A DNA stretch of 15,821 nucleotides, taken from contig JBGAQA010000132.1 of NCBI GenBank assembly GCA_044220955.1, positions 1-15,821 on the forward strand, written 5' to 3'. Position 1 is the first letter of the stretch, and each line of letters starts with the position of its first letter. This DNA comes from Sandaracinaceae bacterium. GTDB lineage: Bacteria > Myxococcota_A > Polyangia > Polyangiales > Sandaracinaceae. This document shows, piece after piece, positions 1 through 7,183 of the stretch. The position numbers and the translations under genes are program-made. A model generated the notes under the pieces. The model had not been told where the DNA came from. It was given only the letters and a program-made list of their open reading frames with translations, and did not search any database.

Positions 1-812
1 GGCGCAGAGGAGCCGCCGAGCGTCGTCGTCGTCGCGTCTCCGCCGACGGCCATCGCGCTCCCGAACCCGCTGGCGCCGCCGCCGCCGCCGGCCACCGCGA
101 GCGGCGTCGCGACGCCGCGCACGACAAAGGTGCCGCCGCCCCCGCTCGCCCCGCAGCCGTCGTTGCCGTAGGGGGCCTGTGCCGGCTCTCGACCGACCAG
201 GATCGTGAGCGTCTCACCCGCCGAGACGGTGACGATCGTCGAGACGTGCGCGCCGTGCCCGCCGGCGTACGCGGTCGACCCCGGGCCCGCCGCTGCGCCG
301 CCGCTCGCACCGTCGATCACGAGCTGCACGCGGGTCACGCCGGCGGGCACGACGTAGGTGGCGAGCGCCCCCGTCGGGCCGAACGTCACGGCCGGGGGTG
401 GCCCCGCGTCGCTGCCCGCGTCTGCGCGCCAGGCGTCGGGCGCGACCCACGCGTCGATCGGCATCACCCACGCGTCGGGCAGGGCGAACGCGTCGGGCAG
501 GGCGAACGCGTCCGGCGCCGCGAACGCGTCCGGCGCGGCGAACGCGTCGGGCAGGGCGAACGCGTCCACGCCGAGGAGGAACGCGTCGTCGCTCGCCGAC
601 GCGTCCGCGGCGAACGCATCCTGGCCCGCCATCGCGTCGAGGCCTCCCCCGTCGTCCGCGTCGAGGCCCCCGTCCTGGCCCCCGTCTTCGCTCGAGGCAG
701 CGGCATCGCGGCCACCACCGGTGTCGCGCGCCCCGTGCGTGGTGTTGCCGGTCGCGCAGCCCGCGAGCACGGGCAGGACGGCAAGGGCCTGGGCGAGCCG
801 ACTCGCGCGCAT
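1..812 (-). CDS. Putative lipoprotein with PDAF/W hexapeptide stalk and glycine-rich (ALK/LTK-like Gly-rich) domain; runs off the left edge of the window
   Basis: Hand translation from ATG at 812: MRASRLAQALAVLPVLAGC (lipobox LAGC), acidic DAG linker, DAFALP/DAFAAP repeats, then TYVVPAGVTRVQLVIDGASGG...GGHGA...GETLTILVG...GGGGTFV...PLAVAGGGGG. No stop before position 1, so it is absent from the ORF track. Third codon positions are GC-rich in this frame. Confidence 0.85.
   Translation of the reverse strand, partial: MRASRLAQALAVLPVLAGCATGNTTHGARDTGGGRDAAASSEDGGQDGGLDADDGGGLDAMAGQDAFAADASASDDAFLLGVDAFALPDAFAAPDAFAAPDAFALPDAFALPDAWVMPIDAWVAPDAWRADAGSDAGPPPAVTFGPTGALATYVVPAGVTRVQLVIDGASGGAAAGPGSTAYAGGHGAHVSTIVTVSAGETLTILVGREPAQAPYGNDGCGASGGGGTFVVRGVATPLAVAGGGGGASGFGSAMAVGGDATTTTLGGSSA
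429..566 (-). repeat. Coding 18-bp tandem repeat (about 7-8 DA[F/W]xxP units)
   Basis: DAFALP-DAFAAP-DAFAAP-DAFALP-DAFALP-DAWVMP-I-DAWVAP-DAW; + strand units such as gggcagggcgaacgcgtc. Confidence 0.85.
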
Positions 813-818
813 GCGACC

Positions 819-847
819 AGCGTCCGCCCCGCGCGGTGCGGCGTCAA
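819..847 (-). promoter_or_regulatory. Putative sigma70-type promoter, leaderless geometry
   Basis: Minus strand reads TTGACG-N17-GACGCT-N6-ATG(812). No Shine-Dalgarno. Confidence 0.45.
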
Positions 848-903
848 CACGACGCACGCTCCGACGCCACGCGGGACGGAAGTACGTTCGCGCGCCGATA
901 CCC

Positions 904-1527
904 TCAGGGCACGTGCGTGCACGTGCACACGAGGTCCGTGTATCCCGTCGTCGTGCAGCTCAGGTTCCCGGCCCAGCTGCAGTTGCCCAGGAACCCGTTG
1001 TTCGTCGCCCTGACGCACGCGGCGCCGAGCGAGCCGCAGAGCGTGTTGCAGCTGGCGTCGTTGATCGTCACGAAGAACTCGCACTCGGTCGCCGACTCGC
1101 TGCAGCGCTGGTAGCCGGTGACGCCCCCGAAGACGGCGTCGCAGCTGCGCGGAGCCATGTAGGCATCGGGCGCGACGTACGCGTCCGGTGACACGTACGC
1201 GTCCGGTGACACGTACGCGTCCGGTGACACGTACGCGTCGTCCGCGACGTACGCATCCGGAGACACGTACGCGTCCGGCGGCACGTACGCGTCCGGCGGC
1301 ACGTAGCCATCCGGAGACACGTACGCGTCCGACGTCCCGGCGTCGGGGGGGCGTGCGGCGTCGGTGCCCGCGTCGCGCCGCGGCCCGACGTCGAGACCGC
1401 TCGCGTCGAGCCCGGACCCCACGTCGACGCCCGAGGTGCCAGGCGTCACCGAGCGCGGGAGCGAGCACGCAGGCACGAGCGCCAACGCGCCCGCGAGAAG
1501 CACCCACGACGAACGACGGGTGAGCAC
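904..1527 (-). CDS. Putative lipoprotein with PDAYV[S/P/A] hexapeptide stalk and 10-Cys C-terminal domain
   Basis: GTG start, basic N-terminus and hydrophobic stretch ending ALALVPAC; 10 hexapeptide repeats; C-terminal domain of about 80 aa with 10 Cys. Confidence 0.85.
   Translation of the reverse strand: MLTRRSSWVLLAGALALVPACSLPRSVTPGTSGVDVGSGLDASGLDVGPRRDAGTDAARPPDAGTSDAYVSPDGYVPPDAYVPPDAYVSPDAYVADDAYVSPDAYVSPDAYVSPDAYVAPDAYMAPRSCDAVFGGVTGYQRCSESATECEFFVTINDASCNTLCGSLGAACVRATNNGFLGNCSWAGNLSCTTTGYTDLVCTCTHVP
1153..1332 (-). repeat. Coding 18-bp tandem repeat, 10 units (PDAYVS-type)
   Basis: SDAYVS PDGYVP PDAYVP PDAYVS PDAYVA DDAYVS PDAYVS PDAYVS PDAYVA PDAYMA; + strand unit gacacgtacgcgtccggt. 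Confidence 0.9.
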
Positions 1528-1533
1528 GCGCCG

Positions 1534-1542
1534 ATCGTAGCA
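1534..1542 (-). promoter_or_regulatory. Putative extended -10 element, leaderless geometry
   Basis: Minus strand TGCTACGAT-N6-GTG(1527) matches TGnTAnnnT. Confidence 0.45.
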
Positions 1543-1620
1543 AGCCCCGGCGCGCCTGTCGCCAGCCCGTTCCGCGAGCCCTCGGCCCGAGCCGCGGCGA
1601 CGAGGCCGCGAGCCCGCGCC

Positions 1621-2862
1621 TCAGAGCCCCGGCGCCGGGAACGTCCGGGTGAGCTCGAGCACCTCACCCTTCACGCGGTGGAGCACCTTCTCGTCGCCGG
1701 GCGCGTCGATGACGTCGGCCATCCAGTGGGCGATCTTGCGCATCTCGCTCGCGCCCATGCCGCGCGAGGTGACCGCGGGCGTGCCGATGCGGATGCCGCT
1801 CGGATCGAAGGGCTTGCGCTTGTCGAAGGGGACCGAGTTGTAGTTCGTCACGATCCCGGCGTGCTCGAGCGCGACCGCGGCGACCTTGCCCGGCACGTTC
1901 TTGCTGGTGAGATCGCAGAGCACGAGGTGCGTGTCGGTCCCGCCGGTGACCAGCGTGACGCCGCGCGCGAGCAGGCCCTCGGCCAGGACCTTCGCGTTCG
2001 ACACGACGTTCGCCGCGTAGGTCGCGAAGCCGGGCTCGAGCGCCTCCTTGGCCGCGACCGCGAGCGCCGCGATCGCACTCCCGTGCGGACCGCCCTGCAG
2101 GCCCGGGAAGACGGCCTTGTCGATCGCCGCCGCGTGCTTCTCGTCGCAGAGGATCATGCCGCCGCGCGGGCCGCGGAGCGTCTTGTGCGTCGTGCTCGTC
2201 ACGATCTCGGCCAGCCCCACGGGCGAGGGATGCGCCTTGCCGGCGATGAGGCCCGAGACGTGCGCGACGTCGGCGACGAGGATGGCCCCGGTCTCCCTGG
2301 CGATCTCGGCGAACGCGCCGTAGTCGATGTGCCGCGGATACGCCGTCGTGCCGCACCAGAGCAGCTTCGGCTTGTGCTCGCGGCAGAGCGCGCGCACCTG
2401 GTCGATGTCGATGCGGTGGTCGCTCTGACGTACGCCGTACTGGTGGGCCTCGAAGTAGCTGCCGGTGATCGACACCTTCCAGCCGTGGGTGAGGTGACCG
2501 CCGGCCGGCAGCGCGAGGCCGACGGTCTTGTCCCCCGGCTTGCAGAACGCGTAGTGCACCGCGAGGTTCGCCGGCGAGCCCGAGTAGGGCTGCACGTTCA
2601 CGTGGTCCGCGCCGAACAGGCGCTTGAGCCGCACCACGGCCATCGACTCGATGGCGTCGACGTTGTGCTGGCCCTGGTAGTAGCGCTTGCCCGGATAGCC
2701 CTCCGAGTACTTGTTGTTCAGCACGCTGCCGCCCGCCTCGAGCACGGCCTTCGACGCGTAGTTCTCGCTCGCGATCAGGCGGATGACCTCCCGCTGCCGC
2801 TGCTCTTCGTGCTGGATCAGGCCAGCGATCTCGGGGTCGACCTGTGCGAGCGTGGGCTCCAT
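1621..2862 (-). CDS. glyA: Serine hydroxymethyltransferase
   Basis: LIASEN, NKYSEGYPGKRYY, NVQPYSGSPAN, GGHLTHG, STTHKTLRGPRGG (PLP lysine), FPGLQGGP, GGTDTHL, SGIRIGTPA; 413 aa; GGAGG RBS at 2871-2875. Confidence 0.98.
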   Translation of the reverse strand: MEPTLAQVDPEIAGLIQHEEQRQREVIRLIASENYASKAVLEAGGSVLNNKYSEGYPGKRYYQGQHNVDAIESMAVVRLKRLFGADHVNVQPYSGSPANLAVHYAFCKPGDKTVGLALPAGGHLTHGWKVSITGSYFEAHQYGVRQSDHRIDIDQVRALCREHKPKLLWCGTTAYPRHIDYGAFAEIARETGAILVADVAHVSGLIAGKAHPSPVGLAEIVTSTTHKTLRGPRGGMILCDEKHAAAIDKAVFPGLQGGPHGSAIAALAVAAKEALEPGFATYAANVVSNAKVLAEGLLARGVTLVTGGTDTHLVLCDLTSKNVPGKVAAVALEHAGIVTNYNSVPFDKRKPFDPSGIRIGTPAVTSRGMGASEMRKIAHWMADVIDAPGDEKVLHRVKGEVLELTRTFPAPGL

Positions 2863-2909
2863 CTTCAGCGCCTCCGGGCGGCTTCATAGCAGAGAACGGC
2901 GGGGGGCCA

Positions 2910-3057
2910 CTCGCGCTCGCCCTCGCCCTCGCCTCTCGCCCTCGCCCTCGCCCTCGCCTCTCGCCCTCGCCCTCGCCCTCGCCCTCGCCCTCGCCCTCGC
3001 CCTCGCCCTCGCCCTCGCCTCTCGCCTCTCGCCCTCGCCCTCGCCCTCGCCTCTCGC
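2910..3057. repeat. Hexamer tandem tract 1, (CTCGCC)n with occasional 7-nt CTCGCCT units, intergenic
   Basis: About 150 bp of the repeat, starting directly after the U32 gene stop (3058-3060) and ending about 48 bp upstream of the glyA ATG. Confidence 0.95.
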
Positions 3058-5652
3058 TCAGCTCAACACCCGCAGCGATCCCTTCACGACCCCGTACCCA
3101 CCGCAGGTCCGCAGCGCGCGCAGGGCATCGCTCGCGCTCCGCGTGCCGAGGATGAGCGCGCGGTAGGTGTGCACGAGCTCGCCGACCTGGGCCGCGTCCT
3201 CGCGCACGAGCTCGATGCGGAAGCGACGTACGCCCGAGCGGACCAGCCCCGGCACGAGGGACGCCGCGCTCTGGGCGGCGGCGTGGAACACCGTGTTGCG
3301 GCAGCCGACGTCGGCCTCGAGCGGGTGATCCATGCCCGCGCGATCGCGCAGAGCGAGGCGGTGCCGTTCGCAGGGGCGGCCGCACGTGCGGTGATCCGTG
3401 CCCGTGCTGAGCGTCGCGGCGATCACGCAGTGCTCCATGTGGAAGAGCGGCATCGGGTGGTGCACCACCACCTCGGCCCAGGGCGCGAAGGGGCCCTCGA
3501 GCAGCGCGCGCAGCTGTGCCTCGTCGAGGTCGAACGAGGGCGTGAAGGCCGCGAGGCCGTGGCGCAGGATCTCGGCGGCGGCGAGCCGGTTGGTGACGTT
3601 GAGAGAGAAGTCGCCGATCGCAGGCGGCGCATCGGGCGTGGCCGCGACCTCGTGGAGCGCGCCGAGGCTGCGCACGAGCATCGCCGAGGGAGACAGGCCG
3701 CGCAGGTAGCGGTCGATCTTCTCCTCCCCCGGCTTGCGGATGCGCGGCGGCGCCGTGGTCACGTGCGCACCGGCCGCGAGCAGCTCGCGCGCCGCCTCGC
3801 CCGTGCCGACGAGCTCGAGGACGTCGAGCACCACGCCCGACGCGCCCGCCGCGATCGCCGCGCGGGCCTGCGCCACGTTCCGGCACAGCACGAAGAGCCC
3901 CGCCGCGGGCGGCGCCCGCCGCGGCGGCAGCGCGGCGGCCACGAGGTCGTCCGCGTGGACGTCCGTCGTCGGGTGCGTCACGCCCCGCATCTGCCGCTCG
4001 AGCGAGGCCACCAGCTCGCGCCGCGCGCGGTTGAGCGCCGCGGGCGCGATACGAGCGGCGCCCTCGACGCCGAGCGACACGTCGCCGAGCGCGAAGGGCG
4101 TCTCGCCGAGCCGGTCGAGCTTCTCGCGCAGCATCGGGGCGTCCAGCGGCGTGCGATCGGCCGGCAGCAGCTCCGCGTCGAGCACGACCCGCGCGCTCAG
4201 CCCGCGATCGGTGCTCGCGTGCATCGTCGGCCGCTGCCCGATCGCGCCCGCGAGCCGGACGTCGATGGGGATGCGCCGCCGCGAGAGGTCGAGCGCGGCC
4301 TTCGTGGCCCGAGGATCGCTCGTGCGGAAGACCCGCCGCCCCGCGGGCACCTCGCCGATGTCCTTCTCGGGCCCGAGCCAGAGGAGAAGCCGCTCGCTCT
4401 CGGCAATTGCCGAAGCAGCTCGTCGCCGCCCGGCCACGCCTCGAGGGCCTTCGCGTCGCGCCGCGCCGCCGATGTTGCCCGCGGCGCCCTCGCTCTCGCT
4501 CTCGCTCTCGCTCTCGACCTCCCTCTCGACCTCGCTCTCGCTCTCGCTCTCGCTCTCGCTCTCGCTCTCGACCTCCCTCTCGATCCCCCACACCCGCCCG
4601 CCGACCTCGCCCTCCCCGCCGAACCCGCCCTCGACGAGCACGCCGTCGCCCCGCGCGATCTCGCGGCTCGCGCGGACCTCCACGTACGCTCGCCCGCCGA
4701 TCACCCGTCGCCCCACGGACGAACCGACCTCGAGGCCGTGGTGATCGCACGTGCGCCCGTCGACGAGGCGCTGGTGATCCACGCCCCCGAAGAAGCCGGT
4801 CCCGGAGCCGCGCGTGAAGGCCTGCAGCGCCACCTCGCGCAGCGCGGGCGTGACGGCCGCGTCGATCGCCGCGCGGTACAGCTTCGTCGTCGCGGCGACG
4901 TACGCCGGTCCCTTCAGGCGGCCCTCGATCTTCAGCGACGAGACGCCGAGACGCACCAGCTCCGGCACCACCGCGCTCGCCTCGAGGTCTTGTGGCGAGA
5001 GCAGGTAGGCCTTGTCTCCCAGGTCACACAGCACGCCGTCGACGACGAGCTCGTAGGGCAGCCGGCACGCCTGCGCGCACGCGCCGCGGTTGGCGCTCCG
5101 CCCGCCGATCGCCTCGCTGGTGAGGCACTGGCCCGAGTACGCGATGCAGAGCGCCCCGTGAACGAAGACCTCGAGCTCCACACCGCTCGCGCCCCGGATG
5201 GCGGCGATGTCCTCGAGCGAGAGCTCGCGGGCGAGGATCACGCGGCTGGCGCCGAGCGCGTGCGCCAGCTCCACGCTGGCCGCATCCGTGCACGTCATCT
5301 GCGTGGAGGCGTGGACCGGCAGCGACGGGGCGACGTCGCGGACCACGCGCAGCACGCCGAGGTCCTGCACGATGACCGCGTCCGCTCCCGCCGCAGCACA
5401 GGCGCGCACGGCCGCCTCGAGCCTCGGCAGCTCGTCGTCGACGACGAGCGTGTTGAGCGTCACGTAGCCGCGGACGCCGTGTCCGTGCAGGTACGCGAGC
5501 GTGTCCGTCAGCGCGTCGAGCTCGAAGTTCGCCGCCCGCGCGCGCGCGTTCAGCCCGGGGATGCCGAAGTACACGGCGTCCGCGCCCGCCTCGACGGCGG
5601 CCTCCATCGACGCGCGGTCACCCGCGGGAGCCAGGACCTCGGGGCGACGCAC
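3058..5652 (-). CDS. rlhA: U32-family Fe-S protein with DUF3656-like middle region, RlhA-type (probable 23S rRNA 5-hydroxycytidine synthase); carries an in-frame low-complexity insertion
   Basis: PEVLAPAG, GADAVYFG, HASTQMT, LARELS, EVFVHGALC, exact CX6CX15CX3C cluster motif, SLKIEGRLK; 864 aa with LDRLGETPF...ALNRARR middle region and a second C-terminal U32-like half. The U32 family is secure; RlhA subfamily is inferred from size and architecture. Confidence 0.85.
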   Translation of the reverse strand: MRRPEVLAPAGDRASMEAAVEAGADAVYFGIPGLNARARAANFELDALTDTLAYLHGHGVRGYVTLNTLVVDDELPRLEAAVRACAAAGADAVIVQDLGVLRVVRDVAPSLPVHASTQMTCTDAASVELAHALGASRVILARELSLEDIAAIRGASGVELEVFVHGALCIAYSGQCLTSEAIGGRSANRGACAQACRLPYELVVDGVLCDLGDKAYLLSPQDLEASAVVPELVRLGVSSLKIEGRLKGPAYVAATTKLYRAAIDAAVTPALREVALQAFTRGSGTGFFGGVDHQRLVDGRTCDHHGLEVGSSVGRRVIGGRAYVEVRASREIARGDGVLVEGGFGGEGEVGGRVWGIEREVESESESESESESEVEREVESESESESEGAAGNIGGAARREGPRGVAGRRRAASAIAESERLLLWLGPEKDIGEVPAGRRVFRTSDPRATKAALDLSRRRIPIDVRLAGAIGQRPTMHASTDRGLSARVVLDAELLPADRTPLDAPMLREKLDRLGETPFALGDVSLGVEGAARIAPAALNRARRELVASLERQMRGVTHPTTDVHADDLVAAALPPRRAPPAAGLFVLCRNVAQARAAIAAGASGVVLDVLELVGTGEAARELLAAGAHVTTAPPRIRKPGEEKIDRYLRGLSPSAMLVRSLGALHEVAATPDAPPAIGDFSLNVTNRLAAAEILRHGLAAFTPSFDLDEAQLRALLEGPFAPWAEVVVHHPMPLFHMEHCVIAATLSTGTDHRTCGRPCERHRLALRDRAGMDHPLEADVGCRNTVFHAAAQSAASLVPGLVRSGVRRFRIELVREDAAQVGELVHTYRALILGTRSASDALRALRTCGGYGVVKGSLRVLS
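4485..4583. repeat. Hexamer tandem tract 2, (CTCGCT)n/CTCGAC, in-frame inside the U32 gene
   Basis: Encodes EREVESESESESESESEVEREVESESESESEG on the minus strand. Confidence 0.95.
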
Positions 5653-5658
5653 GCGCGA

Positions 5659-5667
5659 GTCGTAGCA
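5659..5667 (-). promoter_or_regulatory. Putative extended -10-like element of the U32 gene, leaderless geometry
   Basis: Minus strand TGCTACGAC-N6-GTG(5652), nearly identical to the element at 1534-1542. Confidence 0.35.
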
Positions 5668-5749
5668 GCGCGGGGCTCACCGAGCCCGGGGCGCCACGCA
5701 GCGGCCGAGACGGGGCGTGATCCGCCATCGCGCGATACGCTCGGCCCGC

Positions 5750-6091
5750 GTGCTCTTCCACATCACCACCGATGGCTCCTGGACCACCGCTGCCCGCGAC
5801 GGCACCTACCGCGCGCCCTCGCTCGAGACCGAGGGATTCGTCCATCTCTCCACGCACGAGCAGTGGCCGCGGACGGCCGCCCGGTTCTTCCGCGGACGGC
5901 GCGGCCTGGTGCTGCTGGTGATCGATCCGGCGCGCCTGGTCCACGAGGTCCGCTACGAGGCGGCGGACGGCGAGTCCTTCCCGCACCTCTACGGCCCCCT
6001 CCCCGTCGAGGCCGTGGTCGCCGTCGACGCGCTCGTGCCCGACCCGCAGGGCTTGCTCCGGCGGGCGCCGCGGGCGACGATGGGTCGATGA
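5750..6091 (+). CDS. DUF952 family protein
   Basis: LFHITT..W..A...G.Y...SL..EGFVHLST..Q....A.RFF.....LVLLVID.......RYE......FPHLYGPLPVEAV pattern. GTG 5750 is preferred over 5717 because the family begins at this motif and TACGCT lies 8 nt upstream. Confidence 0.9.
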   Translation: MLFHITTDGSWTTAARDGTYRAPSLETEGFVHLSTHEQWPRTAARFFRGRRGLVLLVIDPARLVHEVRYEAADGESFPHLYGPLPVEAVVAVDALVPDPQGLLRRAPRATMGR

Positions 6092-6354
6092 GCGCGCACG
6101 AGCGGGATCTGTTCAAGGCGATCGTGGTCGCGGGCGCGGCCCTGGTGAGCGCCGCGCCCGGCTGCGGCGCGAGCACGACGGCGAACGACGCGGCGAGCGC
6201 GACGGCCGACGTGGGCGCCGACACCGGCTCGGCCGCCGTGGACGCAGGAACGGACGGCGGGGTGCTCGTGGCCGACGCGGGCGAAGACGCCGCGGGCGGC
6301 GGCGTCGACGGCGGTCCCGACGCGAACGAAGACGCGTTCGTCATCATCCTCTGA
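6088..6354 (+). CDS. Small (88 aa) putative lipoprotein with acidic D/A/G linker and hydrophobic C-terminal tail (DAFVIIL)
   Basis: MSAHERDLFKAIVVAGAALVSAAPGC (Cys26)...PDANEDAFVIIL*. ATGA overlap with the DUF952 stop and TGATG overlap with the next gene. In the ORF track it appears only as the tail of the 3169..6354 shadow ORF. Confidence 0.8.
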   Translation: MSAHERDLFKAIVVAGAALVSAAPGCGASTTANDAASATADVGADTGSAAVDAGTDGGVLVADAGEDAAGGGVDGGPDANEDAFVIIL

Positions 6355-7118
6355 TGCGCTCGCTCGCGGAGTCGCTCCGCGCTCCCGAGTACGTCGAGGA
6401 TCCCGCGCTCGGCGCCCTCGACCCCGAGAGCCGCCGGCGGGTCGGCGAGATCTGGCGCCATCGCGCGCGGAGCGAGCTCCGGGCTGGATCGGGCTTCTCG
6501 CAGGCGATCGTCGGCCTCTACGCGATCGGGGCGGCCCCGGAGGTGCTCGCGCTCGCCACGCAGGCGGCGCACGAGGAGATCGAGCACGCCCGGGCCTGCC
6601 ACGCGCTCGCAGAGCTCTACCTCGCGGCTCCCGTCCCGATGCCCGCTCCCGAGCTCGCGCCCATGCCGCGGCACCGCGGCGCGACGGAGAGCCTGCGCGC
6701 GACGCTGCACCTCGTCGGCCTCTCGTGCATCAACGAGACGATCGCGTGCGAGTTCGTGGCGCGCTGCCTCGACGCCAGCGAGGCCCGGGCCGTCCGCGAG
6801 GTGTGTGGGCGGCACCTGCGCGACGAGATCGGGCACGCGCGCACGGGGTGGGCCCACCTCGCCAGCGGCGTCCTCGACGCGCGAGATCGCGCGCGGCTCG
6901 CCGCGTGGCTGCCGCGGCTCGTCGCCGCCAACGGCGCCCATTGGCTGAGGCGTATGCGCACGCTGCCCGCCGAGGGCGTCGCCGGACACGGCTACCCACC
7001 GCTCCCGCGGCTCGACGACGCGGTGCGGAGCGCGCTGCGCGACGTGGTCCTGCCTGGCTTCGCGCACGTGGGAGTCGACGTCAGCGCTGCGGCGCGCGCG
7101 GCGGCGAGCCTCGGCTGA
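6354..7118 (+). CDS. Ferritin-like di-iron carboxylate protein
   Basis: Ligand pattern E41...E75xxH78...E128...E158xxH161 (RSELRAG, HEEIEH, CINET, RDEIGH); TGATG coupling to the upstream gene. Confidence 0.85.
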   Translation: MRSLAESLRAPEYVEDPALGALDPESRRRVGEIWRHRARSELRAGSGFSQAIVGLYAIGAAPEVLALATQAAHEEIEHARACHALAELYLAAPVPMPAPELAPMPRHRGATESLRATLHLVGLSCINETIACEFVARCLDASEARAVREVCGRHLRDEIGHARTGWAHLASGVLDARDRARLAAWLPRLVAANGAHWLRRMRTLPAEGVAGHGYPPLPRLDDAVRSALRDVVLPGFAHVGVDVSAAARAAASLG

Positions 7119-7146
7119 GCGCGTCGCTTCGGGCGCTCGTGAGTCG

Positions 7147-7175
7147 TTGACGCGCGTCGCGCGACCGTGGATTCT
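7147..7175 (+). promoter_or_regulatory. Putative sigma70-type promoter
   Basis: TTGACG(7147-7152)-N17-GATTCT(7170-7175)-N8-ATG(7184). Confidence 0.45.
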
Positions 7176-7183
7176 CGCGAGGC

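Noticed and set aside
429..1332. 18-bp repeat arrays as a possible CRISPR array
   Set aside because: Units are directly tandem with no unique spacers, keep the reading frame and encode hexapeptides; no cas genes are present.
1664..6354. Very long alternative ORFs (1664..4750 -, 3169..6354 +, 1678..2889 +)
   Set aside because: Shadow frames of glyA and the U32 gene in stop-poor high-GC DNA, Arg/Ala-rich with no motifs. Only the last 88 codons of 3169..6354 look like a real gene.
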